Part shown: one piece after another, positions 49,791 through 61,901 of the stretch
How positions within the stretch are numbered: the stretch's first letter is position 1
Layout of the letters: each line of letters opens with the position of its first letter
Assembly: GCA_965153285.1 (NCBI GenBank)
Contig: OZ229110.1
Direction: 5' to 3' (one strand)
Origin: Podarcis tiliguerta
Lineage: Eukaryota
Length of the DNA: 64,000 nt
Made by a program: the position numbers and the translations under genes
Notes under the pieces: model-generated
The model's database searches: none
What the model was told of the DNA's origin: nothing
What the model saw: only the letters and a program-made list of their open reading frames with translations

Positions 49791-50169
49791 GGCCTCTTTG
49801 GCACATAACAGGAAGCCAAACCATCCGTAACATGAACAAGCAAATGTGCTGGTGCACAGTTAGAAAATCTTGGTAGCTTCACTCTTCCTCTGCTTCTGCC
49901 ACACTACTAAGCCATGGTTTGACTTAGGATTGCATCTGAACCTGGGCTCGTAGTTTGTCTCAGTCGAAACAAATAGTAAGCCAAGAGCAAACCTTGGTTG
50001 CAACTCATGGTTTGGTAGAAGAAGACAAACCACTGGTCTGTGTTTGGACAGAACACTAGGCCAAAGTGTACCCTAGGTGCTGGTAGCGTGACAGCAGCAG
50101 GAGCAGGGAAAGAGCAAAGTGTGTATGCTCAGCCATAGTTTGTCTAAGTGTTCTTTGTGAACGAGGCCA
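49791..50169. mobile_element. Old palindromic MITE (aaccatggtt-rich family)
   Basis: Inverted ends ggcctctttggcacataac and gttctttgtgaacgaggcc. Relatives at ~57690-58110 and 37975-38080. Confidence 0.55.
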
Positions 50170-50855
50170 CTGTGGTGAGCATCTGCATTCTGTGCTGTGT
50201 AACAATGGACTAGGTGGGATTTTCTGAGATCAACTGGACTGCAAGTTTACTCAGAAGTATGGTTGCTTCTTTATAGTACAATACCCATCAACCACAAATT
50301 ATCACTGATGGTTTGATGTTCAAGGGAATTACACGCACACATTAAATGGAAGCACAAGCCCTCAGGCAACTTTATCCTAATGAAGATCTAGGATGAAAAT
50401 AGACCTGTTCAGTTTTTTTGTGGATGTTTCTAAATCCATATTTTGTGATGCAAAGAAAAAACAAATGTGCAAATAGGTACATAAAAGTGGTCCAAATATA
50501 TATATCCACATGCATTTCCACTTTCATCCTAGTCTTCACTGGGACACCTGGGGCTGCGTCCCGGCTTGTTCTTCACACCAACTATCCAGCCCACATTAAG
50601 AGCTTCTGCTTTCAACTCCATGCAAAGACCAAGCTCCCCTTTCACTTTCCCAACTTCATTTCAGAAGCCCCTTTCGTATCCCCAATCCCTCCCATTCTCA
50701 TGCATTCCACTCTTTTTGCAACCCCCATTTTCACCTTCGCCCCCTTTTCCCTGCATTATGATACTGTTAACATTTTTATTATATCACAAGAAGGTCTGCA
50801 ATATGCAGCTGGTAGCTGCAAATGCACCATATTAGCAGTTCCTAAGTAGGTAGAA

Positions 50856-51185
50856 GGGACGTGGGTGGTGCTGTGGTCTAAACCACAGGGCCTAGGGCTT
50901 GCTGATCAGAAGGTAGGCGGTTCGAATCCCCGTGACGGGATGAGCTCCCGTTGCTCGGTCCCTGCTCCTGCCAACCTAGCAGTTTGAAAGCACATCAAAG
51001 TGCAAGTAGATAAATAGGTACTGCTCTGCTGGGAAGGTTAACTGCTCTGGTTCGCCAGAAGCGGCTTAGTCATGCTGGCCACATGACCCTGTAAAACTGC
51101 GGACAAACATCAGTTCCCTCGGCCATTAAAGTGAGATGAGCGCTCCAACCCCAGAGTCGTCTGCGACTGGACTTAACCTTTACCT
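50856..51185 (+). mobile_element. Sauria SINE (subfamily B)
   Basis: TSD taagtaggtagaa at 50843-50855 and 51186-51198. Confidence 0.93.
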
Positions 51186-51871
51186 TAAGTAGGTAGAATA
51201 CCAGGGGTATCTGTTGCAACAAATTCTGTCTTTGCTTTGTTTTCTTTTGTTCTTGAACTTCGCAAATAGGGCAGTCAAGTGTTGCCAGCTACATTGCAGG
51301 CTATCAAAGCAGGAAGATACAAACAGGATTTCTTCTATGCTTCAGTGAAAACACGGGAAGGAATCCTGATAAGTTTCTCTTCCGCCCAACTCTTGCCTTT
51401 TCTTTTTTTAAAATACATTTTCCTTCAAACAGTTCCATTGAATTTGCCCAGAGAGTTGAGTCATTGGATGTCTAACGCAAGCTCCTTTCCATAGATTGGC
51501 ACATTCATGATGCTCTGCAGCAGGAAATGGAGGGGAACTTTCAGGGAGATTCTAGCCTACTGGATCTCTTAGGAGTTCAGAGGCAGGATGAGACTGGTAA
51601 GCTTCTGTTTGTTTTTTAGCTCTGTTTTGGTGTTCAGAAGGAAGTGCCTGTTCCTTCCTATCAGCTTTGGAACCTTTAAAGGATTTTCAGCCTTGTGCTG
51701 GTAGAGGAGTGGCAACTCGACTTGCCAAATCACTTTTGAACTGCTCCCACTCAACTACAGCTTAACCTTCCTCCTTTTTGATGATAATTAATAGGCTGCT
51801 AGCATGTATGAAGTCTGCTTTCCCATAAACCACTGATGTCCTAAATAGGCCTACTGTTTTGATTTGATTAT

Positions 51872-52180
51872 GGGGATGCGGGTGGCACTGTGGGTTAAAC
51901 CACAGAGCCTAGGACTTGCCGATCAGAAGGTGGGCGGTTCGAATCCCCGCGACGGAGTGAGCTCCCGTTGCTCGGTCCCTGCTCCTGCCAACCTAGCAGT
52001 TCAAAAGCACGGATAAATAGGTACCGCTCCGGTGGGAAGGTAAACGGCGTTTCCGTGCGCTGCTCTGGTTCGCCAGAAGCGGCTTAGTCATGCTGGCCAC
52101 ATGACCCGGAAGCTTCCTCAGCCAATAAAGCGAGATGAGCGCCGCAACCCCAGAGTCGGTCACGGGTCCCTTTACCTTAC
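51872..52180 (+). mobile_element. Sauria SINE (subfamily B, internally deleted)
   Basis: TSD ttgatttgatta at 51859-51870 and 52181-52192. Confidence 0.93.
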
Positions 52181-54984
52181 TTGATTTGATTAGTCCCTCC
52201 CATTCCCCCAAAAAAGATTTGCCTCTGTGTGTGTATATATGTGTGTGCTTGTGTGATAAGTATTAACCTTATCTAGTCCATCTGCCTGGCATCTTAAAAT
52301 TTATTATTTATTTCATCTCGCCTTTCAAAGTATCTTGCATAGAGAGAGATAGAGAGACAGAGGCCATGCCATAGTGTGCAATCTAAAAGGGCAAGACACA
52401 TGTGGGAATATTGCAATTGGGGAGAGTGCTGTTGCGCTCAGGGCTTGCTTGTGGGCTTTCCACAGACAACTGGGTGGACACCAGTAGCGGTTGGTAGGGC
52501 GGCACAAGCAGAGTGGTGTTGCCCACCTGCCATCTGAACACCCAAGCTGGTTCCTGAGAAGAAAAGGAGGTGGAGGTACAGGGTCTAGTGGTTTGGTATG
52601 GGTGTGGCAGTGGAGCCCATCTGACCCTCCTGCTGCCATGCTTGCACCACACTGCTACCTCCACCTGCTTTCCTTCTCAGGAATCAACAGTATTGCTCAG
52701 TGTTTGGAAGGCAGATGGGCATTACTGCCCTGCTATGCTGCCTCTCCAACCGCCACCGTTTGGACAGGAAGCTGGACCAAATGGGCCTTTGGCTTGATCC
52801 AGCAGGACACTCCTTATGTGTGAAGTGCTATGGTATTAGCAAACATTTATGTTCCGGTCAGGCATCTCCTCCTTGAACTGCAGCTAGTGGCTTTTGGGAA
52901 TGTAAGAAGCTGCCTACACTGAGGGTTTCAAACAGGGCCTCTTCTTCCACTGGCTGATAGACTGGGCCAGGCTGTCTTCCCCTTGCCATACTGTGCTTTG
53001 TGGGGAGCAGGGGGTGCAATCACCCAGTGGCCCTTGGTCCCCTGCCGATGAGAGGCCAGGTCCTGTGGTCCTTCAGCTGCATTGTTCCAGGGTAACTATA
53101 AAAGTAATTTTAGCTGTAGAGGAATGCGCTTGATGCATCCCTGACACAGCCTTTTGTTGCAAAGATTTTCCTGGTTAGTTGGGCAGAAAGGGGTGGTTGC
53201 TTGTGGCTTGAGCTATGTAACGTTCAGTTTTTGCTTCCACGGCTATATAAAATCTGTAAAAGCCTTTAGCCTTCCTGTGTTTTCCCCTTTACCCGTCTGT
53301 AGTTTTGATTTTTTAAAAATGTGCAATTTATCAGTGTGTGCTTTTTTCACAACAAAAAGCAAGCAAGTGAACACAACAGATGCTGATTCCTTAGATCACA
53401 AGAGGCACCCCCAAACACTCTCCTAACAAACAACTTCCCAAAACTATTGGTGATTCCGAGCACGAGAAGAGAAAGGCATTTCGGTTTGTCATGTGAAATG
53501 TTATATATTTCTCCCCCCACCCCCCACTTCCCCCGCCTCCAACCTTATTTCAACTCGTTCTTGATTGTATTCCATATTAAATATATTCTGGTTCTGGGAG
53601 TATCCAGTTTGTCAGCATAACCCTTCATGTTATACTGATGGGGAAGAGAGAGGTATTGTTGGGAAAAGTGGGCCAGCCATTATTTATTACCCAATTGCCA
53701 GGGTGACTTATTCATTGCCTGCATCATCATCCCCCAAAGTACTGCTTTACAGAATAGTGAATTATGCTTCAGAAAAAGGATCAATAACTGCTTTCAGAGC
53801 AACATTTGCCATGAGACTCATCTTCTTTTATACATATATGTGTTGTACTAAAACGTGGGTTTAGTGTAATTAAGGCCGGGGGTGGGGATGTAATAAGTGA
53901 TGTAGCAAGAAGTGATTTCCATAATGTAATTTTTTTTTGCTTTAGATCTGAAAAGCAAATGCAAATAATCTGGTCTGTGGCCAAGTTTATTTGCAGTTGA
54001 TTAACCACTCAATGGGAAGAAGAAGAAAAAAACTTACCAGCATAATGGGGGATGTTACGTAGGTTCTGGTCAAGTACATTTGCAGTTGATTAACTACCCT
54101 GTGAAAACTGTTGGAAGAACTTTGCTCACTTTATTGCTCACAATACATTTTCCAAGCGTTTAAAAAGGTCTGCGCAGGGTAGTATTTGCACAAAGTTAAC
54201 ACAGATGCACATTCTGTATGAATGTGCCCAGAGGCTTGCTAGATTGGGGCTTTAACTTATAGCTGCTGTTTACAAAAATGGGGTGAGATAAGATAACCTA
54301 GACAATGAGGCTCCTTATTTTAGTTTGCAGTTTTTGTTTTAATAAGTCACCCGTAGGCTAAATGCAGATAGAAGCTGTGTCACCTGTCAACTATATAGTA
54401 TAGCTGCCTTTAAAGATAGATTTCACATGTTCCTGGAGTAGCATCCTCTCCATATATTGGAGCCTTGTTTCTTTGCTGCCAAAACACACAATTCTGTCTT
54501 GCCATATTGAGGATCAGTTTTTTTAGAAGGGGAAAAAACGCTTGTGGATACTGTAGATGCAGTTCGGTATTTGCTGTGATGCTTTCAGCTTATGTAGAAA
54601 TGGTTGGGCAAAGTTATTGTCGTGTAGGTTGCACAGTCTGTGTATTCACAAGCAGGCATTCCATTGCACTTCAGGAGAGCTCTTGTTTTAATCACAAGGT
54701 GTGTATGTGCACCTGTGGTGTATGCAGTGAATAGTTAAGTTCAACCATGGTTGCACACTAAAGCCCATGCGATATTGAATTAATTTCTTCATGTAGGTAA
54801 GATTACAAATTTGCAATGCAGAATAGAGATTGTGTGTGTTTGTGTGTCTGTGTGTGTTGAAAGCTTGGGTCTTTTGCCTCTTTGTTGGTGAATACTGCAC
54901 TTTGACCTACCAGGGTTAAGGGGCAATAAAAAGGGAAGGAGTCACCTCAGTTTTACCTTGGTTATGCTTTGTGCCTGTGTAAGA

Positions 54985-55328
54985 GGGACGCAGGTGGCGC
55001 TGTGGGTTAAACCACAGAGCCTAGGACTTGCTGATCAGAAGGTCGGCGGTTCGAATCCCCGTGACGGGAACTCCCGTTGCTCAGTCCCTGCTCCTGCCAA
55101 CCTAGCACGTCAAAGTGCAAGTAGATAAATAGGTACCGCTCCGGCGGGAAGATAAACGGCGTTTCCGTGCGCTGCTCTGGTTCGCCAGAAGCGGCTTAGT
55201 CATGCTGGCCACATGACCCGGAAGCTGTTTACGGACAAACGCCTGCTCCCTCGGATAGTAAAGCGAGATGAGCGCCGCAACCCCAGAGTCGTCCGCGACT
55301 GGACTTAACCGTCAGGGGTCTCTTTACG
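54985..55328 (+). mobile_element. Sauria SINE (subfamily B)
   Basis: gggacgcaggtggcgctgtggg...ccgtcaggggtctctttac. No clear TSD. Confidence 0.92.
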
Positions 55329-56893
55329 AGCTGCCTAGCGGTATGCACAGTCACAAAGAGGAGATGCCTCTTGAAAGCTGTGTGCAGGCATGGGGCGGAC
55401 ACTTGGCAGCTCAGTCCACCTTCCTTCCTTTCGATTGCTGCTCAGGTAGAATTGCACACTCACTTAACCACACCAATGCCTGTGACTTTCTGTGACTGAT
55501 CCTTATTGCGTGTGAAGGAAATAATTCCCGGTAGCGCTCAGATGTCCTGCCATTGAGAAACAGCTCTGTGGCTGTTAATCTAATGAAATGTTACTGATTT
55601 ATAAATATAGTACAAATCTTACTGATTCATTGAGACCTATCAGCAGGGAGTCCGGGGGGGGGGGGGAGTGTGCATTTTGGGGCAAATGGGAGAGAGTAGA
55701 GTAGATTGTGTCATCATAGTAAAATAGCTTAATCAATCTTCCTGATCCAGCAAGAGAGAAACAAATGCAGAAGCAGCTACTCTGCGTATAGATTGCCCTG
55801 CTTGATCTGCATGTGCAGATTAGAGACAAATGTGCATCTGGATGCACATTTGCATTGCAGTGAATACCAAAGTATTCAGTGGAAAACCTCACTCCCCCAT
55901 TTACACTGAACAATATGGATTATTTGCACGGCAATAGGAATTTGCATCCATAATCCCCATCTCGGCTTGTGTGTGCATTGTTGCACCTGACTGTATTTGG
56001 ATTAAGGCTATAGTTGTTTAAGTGGTTTCTGAGATCCAAGCAACACTTTTGTGGAACTGATCTGAAAACTTAAGCATTAAGTATCTGTTCTGTGGCGAAC
56101 AGAAAAGCATTGTGGGAAAACATGATTTTGGGCAATGTGCTGAAGACAGACATCAGTAAAAAAATAATAATTCAGACTTCAGAAATTGATGTTAAAAAAG
56201 AAGTAGCAAGTAGGTTAATTTGTTTTCAAGCTTTGCCACATTATCATTCATTTAGGATGCCTGAGGAGGGGGAGAAGAAGGCAGGAGTGTGATCACTACA
56301 AGGAGAAAGAAAACCTTAGTAAACAAAGTACAGAATCTCAGAAAATAGTGCCATGTAACAGAAAGTGTGACATAGGTTCAATTACGCTACTTTATGGCAG
56401 TACAGCATGGTGTGTTATTGATGATATACTATATAATATAAGCCATGGACATTTGGTCCCTGTTCACTGAATTTTAAGACATCCAGACCTGGAAAAGCTT
56501 TTGAAAATTGTCAATAAAAGGAACTGTTCATGCACAAATTCTATTATCGCACTTAGTCTCCTTGCTTCCAGTGGCTGAGACAGGGACTTCTATGTATTTA
56601 TGGGGACAGCAGGAGGGTGAAGAGACCATGCAAACTAGGAGGGAGCAAACTAGGAGGGATGCTGACAGTGTCATTATTGCAGGGGGGTGGTGTGCATGCA
56701 GGGAGTGGAGTGACAGGTGTGTAGAAAAATTAAGGGAAATTAATAGTGTAAAGAGCCTTTGCTTTTAACTTTTAATAAAGGGGTAATAAAATGTGTTCTT
56801 AGCCGTTTTTTCCATACATACAATTTTTTAAAATTTTATTTCCATCCCTTTGTCCTTGAACTGATGTTGCCTTTGTCTTGTTCAACTCCTTAA

Positions 56894-56894
<1 letters not shown>

Positions 56895-56945
<51 letters not shown>
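56895..56945. repeat. Compound (TG)n(TA)n microsatellite
   Basis: Seen directly. Confidence 0.95.
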
Positions 56946-59929
56946 GTCAACATACGTGGCCCTATATTGATCTAATAATCATTACTGAATAATTTTCTTT
57001 TGAACACGGAACCATTGGCGTCATATTGTGTAACTCGACTTTTCCTTATCTTCAGTACCTGCAGTATTGAATATCTCTTTACCCAGAACAAGGAAACTTA
57101 CCTTCTAAAATAGTAAATATATCTCTGTTTTGTAAACACATGTTAAGAAAAGTGGATTCCCCCCCCCCCCCCGCACTGCTAATACTGTCTTTTGCCTGCT
57201 CCTTGTTAGTATGGCAGATATTGGTACTGCTCCTCTTCTGCACTTTCTAGCCTTTGAGAATGGTTGGCTTTTTAGAAGATAAGAGAGAGCATATTATCCA
57301 CAGCTTCCAGGGTGCTGGAAGGGAGAAAAGGAGACAGGCCTTGCCATGAACCTCCTTCATGACATTTCCCCCCCCCCCCCATATTTTATTCCACATTTCT
57401 TTCCATTTACACCCCTAGCCCCCAGAGAAGGAATCCAGTTTTGTCTCTCTTTCAGTCTTAAAACTTGCTAGCAGATGCTTTCCGTTGCTGCCGTTTCTGT
57501 TCTTTCAGTTTAATAAGTTAGTAGAACATTTTTAAAAAATGGAGGAGAGGGAGCTGGCCAATTGGCAACCCCCAGTCCAAATATGAACCAGTCTCCATGA
57601 TTCAGCTGCCCTCCACCGTCCAGACTCCCCGACTCCCACAAATACCCGTAGGGGCAGGCAGGAAGCAAAACATGTGAACTTGTATTTGTATGGCGCAGTT
57701 TGCATGCAACACTAAGTCAGACCATGGCTGAGTTTGAATGTGCAAGTATTCCTAGCAGGAAAAAATTGCAACCACTCCAGTCTTCCCCTTTTTCTCCTCT
57801 AATGCCATGCTACCTACAGCTAAGACATCATTTGGCTTAGCTTTATGCCAGAATTTGGACACATGGTTTGTCTCTCCCAGGCAGACCGTAAGTGGTAAGC
57901 CAGGAGCAAACCATGGCTCATAGATAGCTCAAGGGTTTTGAGAGGAGGGCATTGAGACTGACTGACAGACCATCAGTCTAGGCTTGAACATAAAGCTATG
58001 CCAAATGATGCCTTAGCTCTGGGTAGCTCAGAGCAGAAGGCCTGAGGAAGGAGTGAAGTGGCTGCAAATTCTGCTTGGCTTAGGCTCAGTTCACAGTTAA
58101 GGCTATGTTGGTACATTGGCATTGGAGCGCCTGTGCCTCTTTTATGTTCCAGGCTCCCATCTTATGGGCAAGCCTTGGCCAGTAAAAGAATTACTACAGA
58201 TTGATTTTCTTTTAAATTGCATTTTTTTGTTTTCCTTTAAGGTGGCACACTGTATACTTTATAAACCATTCTTTGCCAATCTGGGGCCGTCCATCAACTA
58301 CAGCTCCCTCCATCCCTTACCAGTGGCCATTATGGAGGGTCTGAAGGGGCTTTTAGTTCAAAACACTAGGCTGGGGAAGGTTGGTATTGTGAGTCATTGC
58401 TATTAAACTCTATTCTTGATGTTCAGCTCATGACGTGTGGCAAGAACTGAAAAATGCTAGGTTGTGCTTTTGAGATCTCGTTGTTTTGACAGATTTCATT
58501 GTGTGAATATTGCCAGCGCTAAGATAGAAACTTGATTCTATTTATTTACAGGCTTTGTTTTCCTTAATGACTAGCTCCTTGTAGGAACCTCTTTCTCACA
58601 CAGTTCTTATCGAAGCCTTTACCCTATGCTTCATAAAGTTTTCCTCCATTATTCTCAGAGAGATGCAGTCATCAAGCTTGAAATTAAGGTTCCACTCAAA
58701 CACTGTCTCTTGCCTTTTGCAATATCTTCTTCTTTGCTATTTTTTAGGTTCTTCAAATGGAAAAGGAATTTCATTTATTATTTAGCTGGATGGTGAGACA
58801 ATGTACGTCATTTTATTGAAGGTGTTTAAATTGTGTAACTCGCCACAGTTTTGTCTTGGAAGATTAGCATATTCCTTTTTGTAGTCAGAATTGATTTTAC
58901 TTCAGAATTGTCCTGTTATGCTTCTCATTAGTTTTTTTTTAATATGGATTTTCTTGCCACAGAGCCTTCCAGATGAACCAAGATTAATTATATATAAGTA
59001 TCTGATTAAAACAGTAACCAAAATCACCCAAACCCTAAATTGTTGTTCCAGAACCTGGTAATGAGCAATAGCTCCTGATAATACACATGGCTTTTTTGTT
59101 GTTGTTGTTCTACTTAGTTCTCAATAGCAATTTAGACTGGTATTATGAAATTGGTGGTCATGCCTTATGGAGCAGCTCTCGCTCAGTTTGGATCTTAAAG
59201 CTGTCACCCTGCAGTCATATTTGTATGTGTCTTGACAAGAATGATGGTTATGATAGTAAGCATGTCCTAGAGATTCTGGGAACATCACTGATTCTGAAAT
59301 TCCAGAATCTAATGCCTTGGAAGCCATTAGATCCCGGTTGAGATCCAACGGCACCCTACTTTGTATTTATTTCAGAGACCAGTCCCAGTTATTTTGCAGG
59401 CCTTTGACTCATAGTTTGAACAGCTCCAGCTGTTTAATAGCATTGCTGCCTCTTGTTATTTCATGGATAATTAGTGGTTTGTTTTTGGGTTGTTTTTTTA
59501 AAAAAATGTCTTCATGTTAAGCTGCCCTGGGCTCTGTTTGAAGAAGGGCAGGATACATTAAATAAAAAATCTTCTACATCTCAGCTATTGAGAGGGGCAT
59601 TTTACTGGTCAAAACCACACGATACTGGGCAGAACCATCCCAGGAAGCAGTAACGGTCCAGTTCTGGGTGTTACACTCTTAATAAAGATGTAGACAAATT
59701 AGAATGGGTATAGAGGAGAACAGCAAAGATGGTCAGTGGAATGAGAAAAGAGTCCTGTGAAAAATGATTAAAGGAACTGGGTGTGTTAAGTTTGGGAAGA
59801 AGGAAAAAAACACTGAGGGACCACATGGTAGCATAGCACTCTTCAAATATCTTAAAAACTGTATTGTAGAAGAGAGCAAATACTTTTTTCTGCTGACCAA
59901 AGACCAGGTCTAAAGGGCTGCAGACTGAG

Positions 59930-60550
59930 GCTTTATTTTATTTTACAAAATTTATATACTGCTCTAAACCTGCAGGTCTCAGGGCAGTTCACAGGGTAAA
60001 ATCACAATATAAAACCACAGAATACACAATCAAAATAAAAGCAGAAACAACCGAATAACACCCCCCCCCAAAAAAACCCCACCCCCACACATTTTAAAAA
60101 GGCATTGGATGAGAATCAACCAAAGGCCTGGTTAAAAAGGAACGTTTTTGCCTGGCACCTAGAGGTGTACAGTGGTACCTCAGGTTACAGACGCTTCAGG
60201 TTACAGAATCCACTAACCCAGAAATAGTACCTCGGGTTAAGAACGTTGCTTCAGGATGAAAACAGAAATGGTGTGGCGGCAGCGTGGCGGCAGCGGGAGG
60301 CCCCATTAGCTAAAGTGGTACCTCAGGTTAAGAACGGACCTCCAGAACAAATTAAGTTCTTAACCCGAGGTACCACTGTATAATGAAGGCGCCAGGCCAA
60401 CCTCCCTGGGGAGAGCATTCCATAAGTGGGGAGCCACTGGAGAAAAAATCCCATTCTCGTGTTGCCACCCTCCAGACCTCTCATGGAGGAGGCACATGAA
60501 GAAGGGCCTGTAGGTTCATATGGAAAGAGGCGGTCCTTGAAATATTGCAG
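59930..60550 (-). mobile_element. L2 3' fragment nested in CR1, interrupted by a MITE
   Basis: (TTTA)n tail, ggtctcagggcagttcacag and ggggagagcattcc...ggagccactg. Same family as 16040. Confidence 0.75.
60170..60378 (+). mobile_element. Tc1/mariner MITE, family 1, nested in L2
   Basis: TIRs and TA TSD. Confidence 0.92.
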
Positions 60551-61669
60551 TGTACTGGAAGGTTGATTTTTGTTGAAGTTAGGAATAACTTCTTGTCAGG
60601 AAGAGCACTTTAACAGTGGAGCAACTTACCTAGAAGGGTGGGCGGGCAGGCTATCCTTCACTGGAGGTGAGGCTAGAAAACCACATTTTGGGGATGCTCT
60701 AGACCTCTGGATTTTCTGCATTGAGCTGTTGGATCAACTAGAATCCCTAGATGACCTACAAGACCCCAACCAAGTCTGTGATTATGTTAAATACTAGCAA
60801 GTTTGAAAAATCCTACCATATATGATCTCTCCCCAGTACACAATCCCCCCAGTATTATGCAAAGAGCTTCAGCTGCACAAGGTTTTCATGTTAAAACCAA
60901 AGTTCCCTCAGCATTCCTGAACGTTTACAAACTGTGCATATTTATTGCCGCAAAGTTGTAAATGCATTTTCAAAGTGTGTTTTCAGAATGTATGTAAACT
61001 GAATCTACTCAACAGCTATTTTCTTTGTCCCGCACATTTCACAATATTTCCATTTAAATGTAGATTTTGATGCCCCCCCCCGTCTTGTAATAGAAAACAT
61101 TTTTTTTCCCTTTTTAAATGATAAAAGAATCATCTACTTTAATACAACATATTCCCTTGAGGAATAGGGTTGGGGGGTTTTTTAATGCTTTGTTACAGAA
61201 GTACAAGAGGATTAAGGAATGTTTGTTTATCCAAAACAAAAAAACCCTCCTAGGGAGGATCTCATGTTCCTTTGGGGAGGGAGGGTAGAGTTGGAGGTCT
61301 TCTCTTTCAAGCCTCCCCTAGCAGCCACAGAAACTTCTGCTTCTCCACTGTTTGTGATCCAGTGGTTGGAGTGCCTAAAAGGAGGTGTTCAAGGGGTAAA
61401 CCGTGGGTGACTTAAGATCTGCTGGAGCAAAAGCCTTACTGCTCCTTCAACAACAGCACCAGTGCTCCACCCAACCTTTCCTTTTGCTGACGTGAGCCCA
61501 GTAGGGCTTCACATTTGCCATTTCACCTGCCACAGATACTTTCCCCCATGACCAGGTTGGATTGCCCTGCTAAAAGCAAAAGACTGATAACCAAAACTTG
61601 TTCAACATTGGCACTATTTAAGTTAGAGTTTGTAAAAGAGTAACATGTGCTATAGTTTTCAATGTAGTA

Positions 61670-61901
61670 CAGTGGTACCTTGGTTCCTAAACGCAATCTG
61701 TTCTGGAAGTCCGTTTGACTTCCAAAACATTCGCAAACCAAGGCACAGCTTCTGTTTGGCCCCGGAAACAATGCCGGCAGCCGAAACGGATGTTTGGCTT
61801 CCAAAAAAAGTTTGCAAACCGGAACACTTACTTCCGGGTTTGCGGCATTTGGGAGCCCATTTGTTTGGGAGCCAAGCCTTTTGGGAATCAAGGTGCCCCT
61901 T
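61670..61901. mobile_element. Tc1/mariner MITE, family 3-like
   Basis: TA|cagtggtaccttggttcc...ggaatcaaggtgcccct. Confidence 0.75.

Larger units (their letters stand above)
59650..60790 (+). mobile_element. CR1 LINE 3' portion interrupted by an L2 fragment
   Basis: gtccagttctggg...aaggaactggg...ttcaaatat in the left half. The sequence resumes after ~60550 with aacttc...cagtgga...ccttcactggagg...ctagatgacc. Confidence 0.75.
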
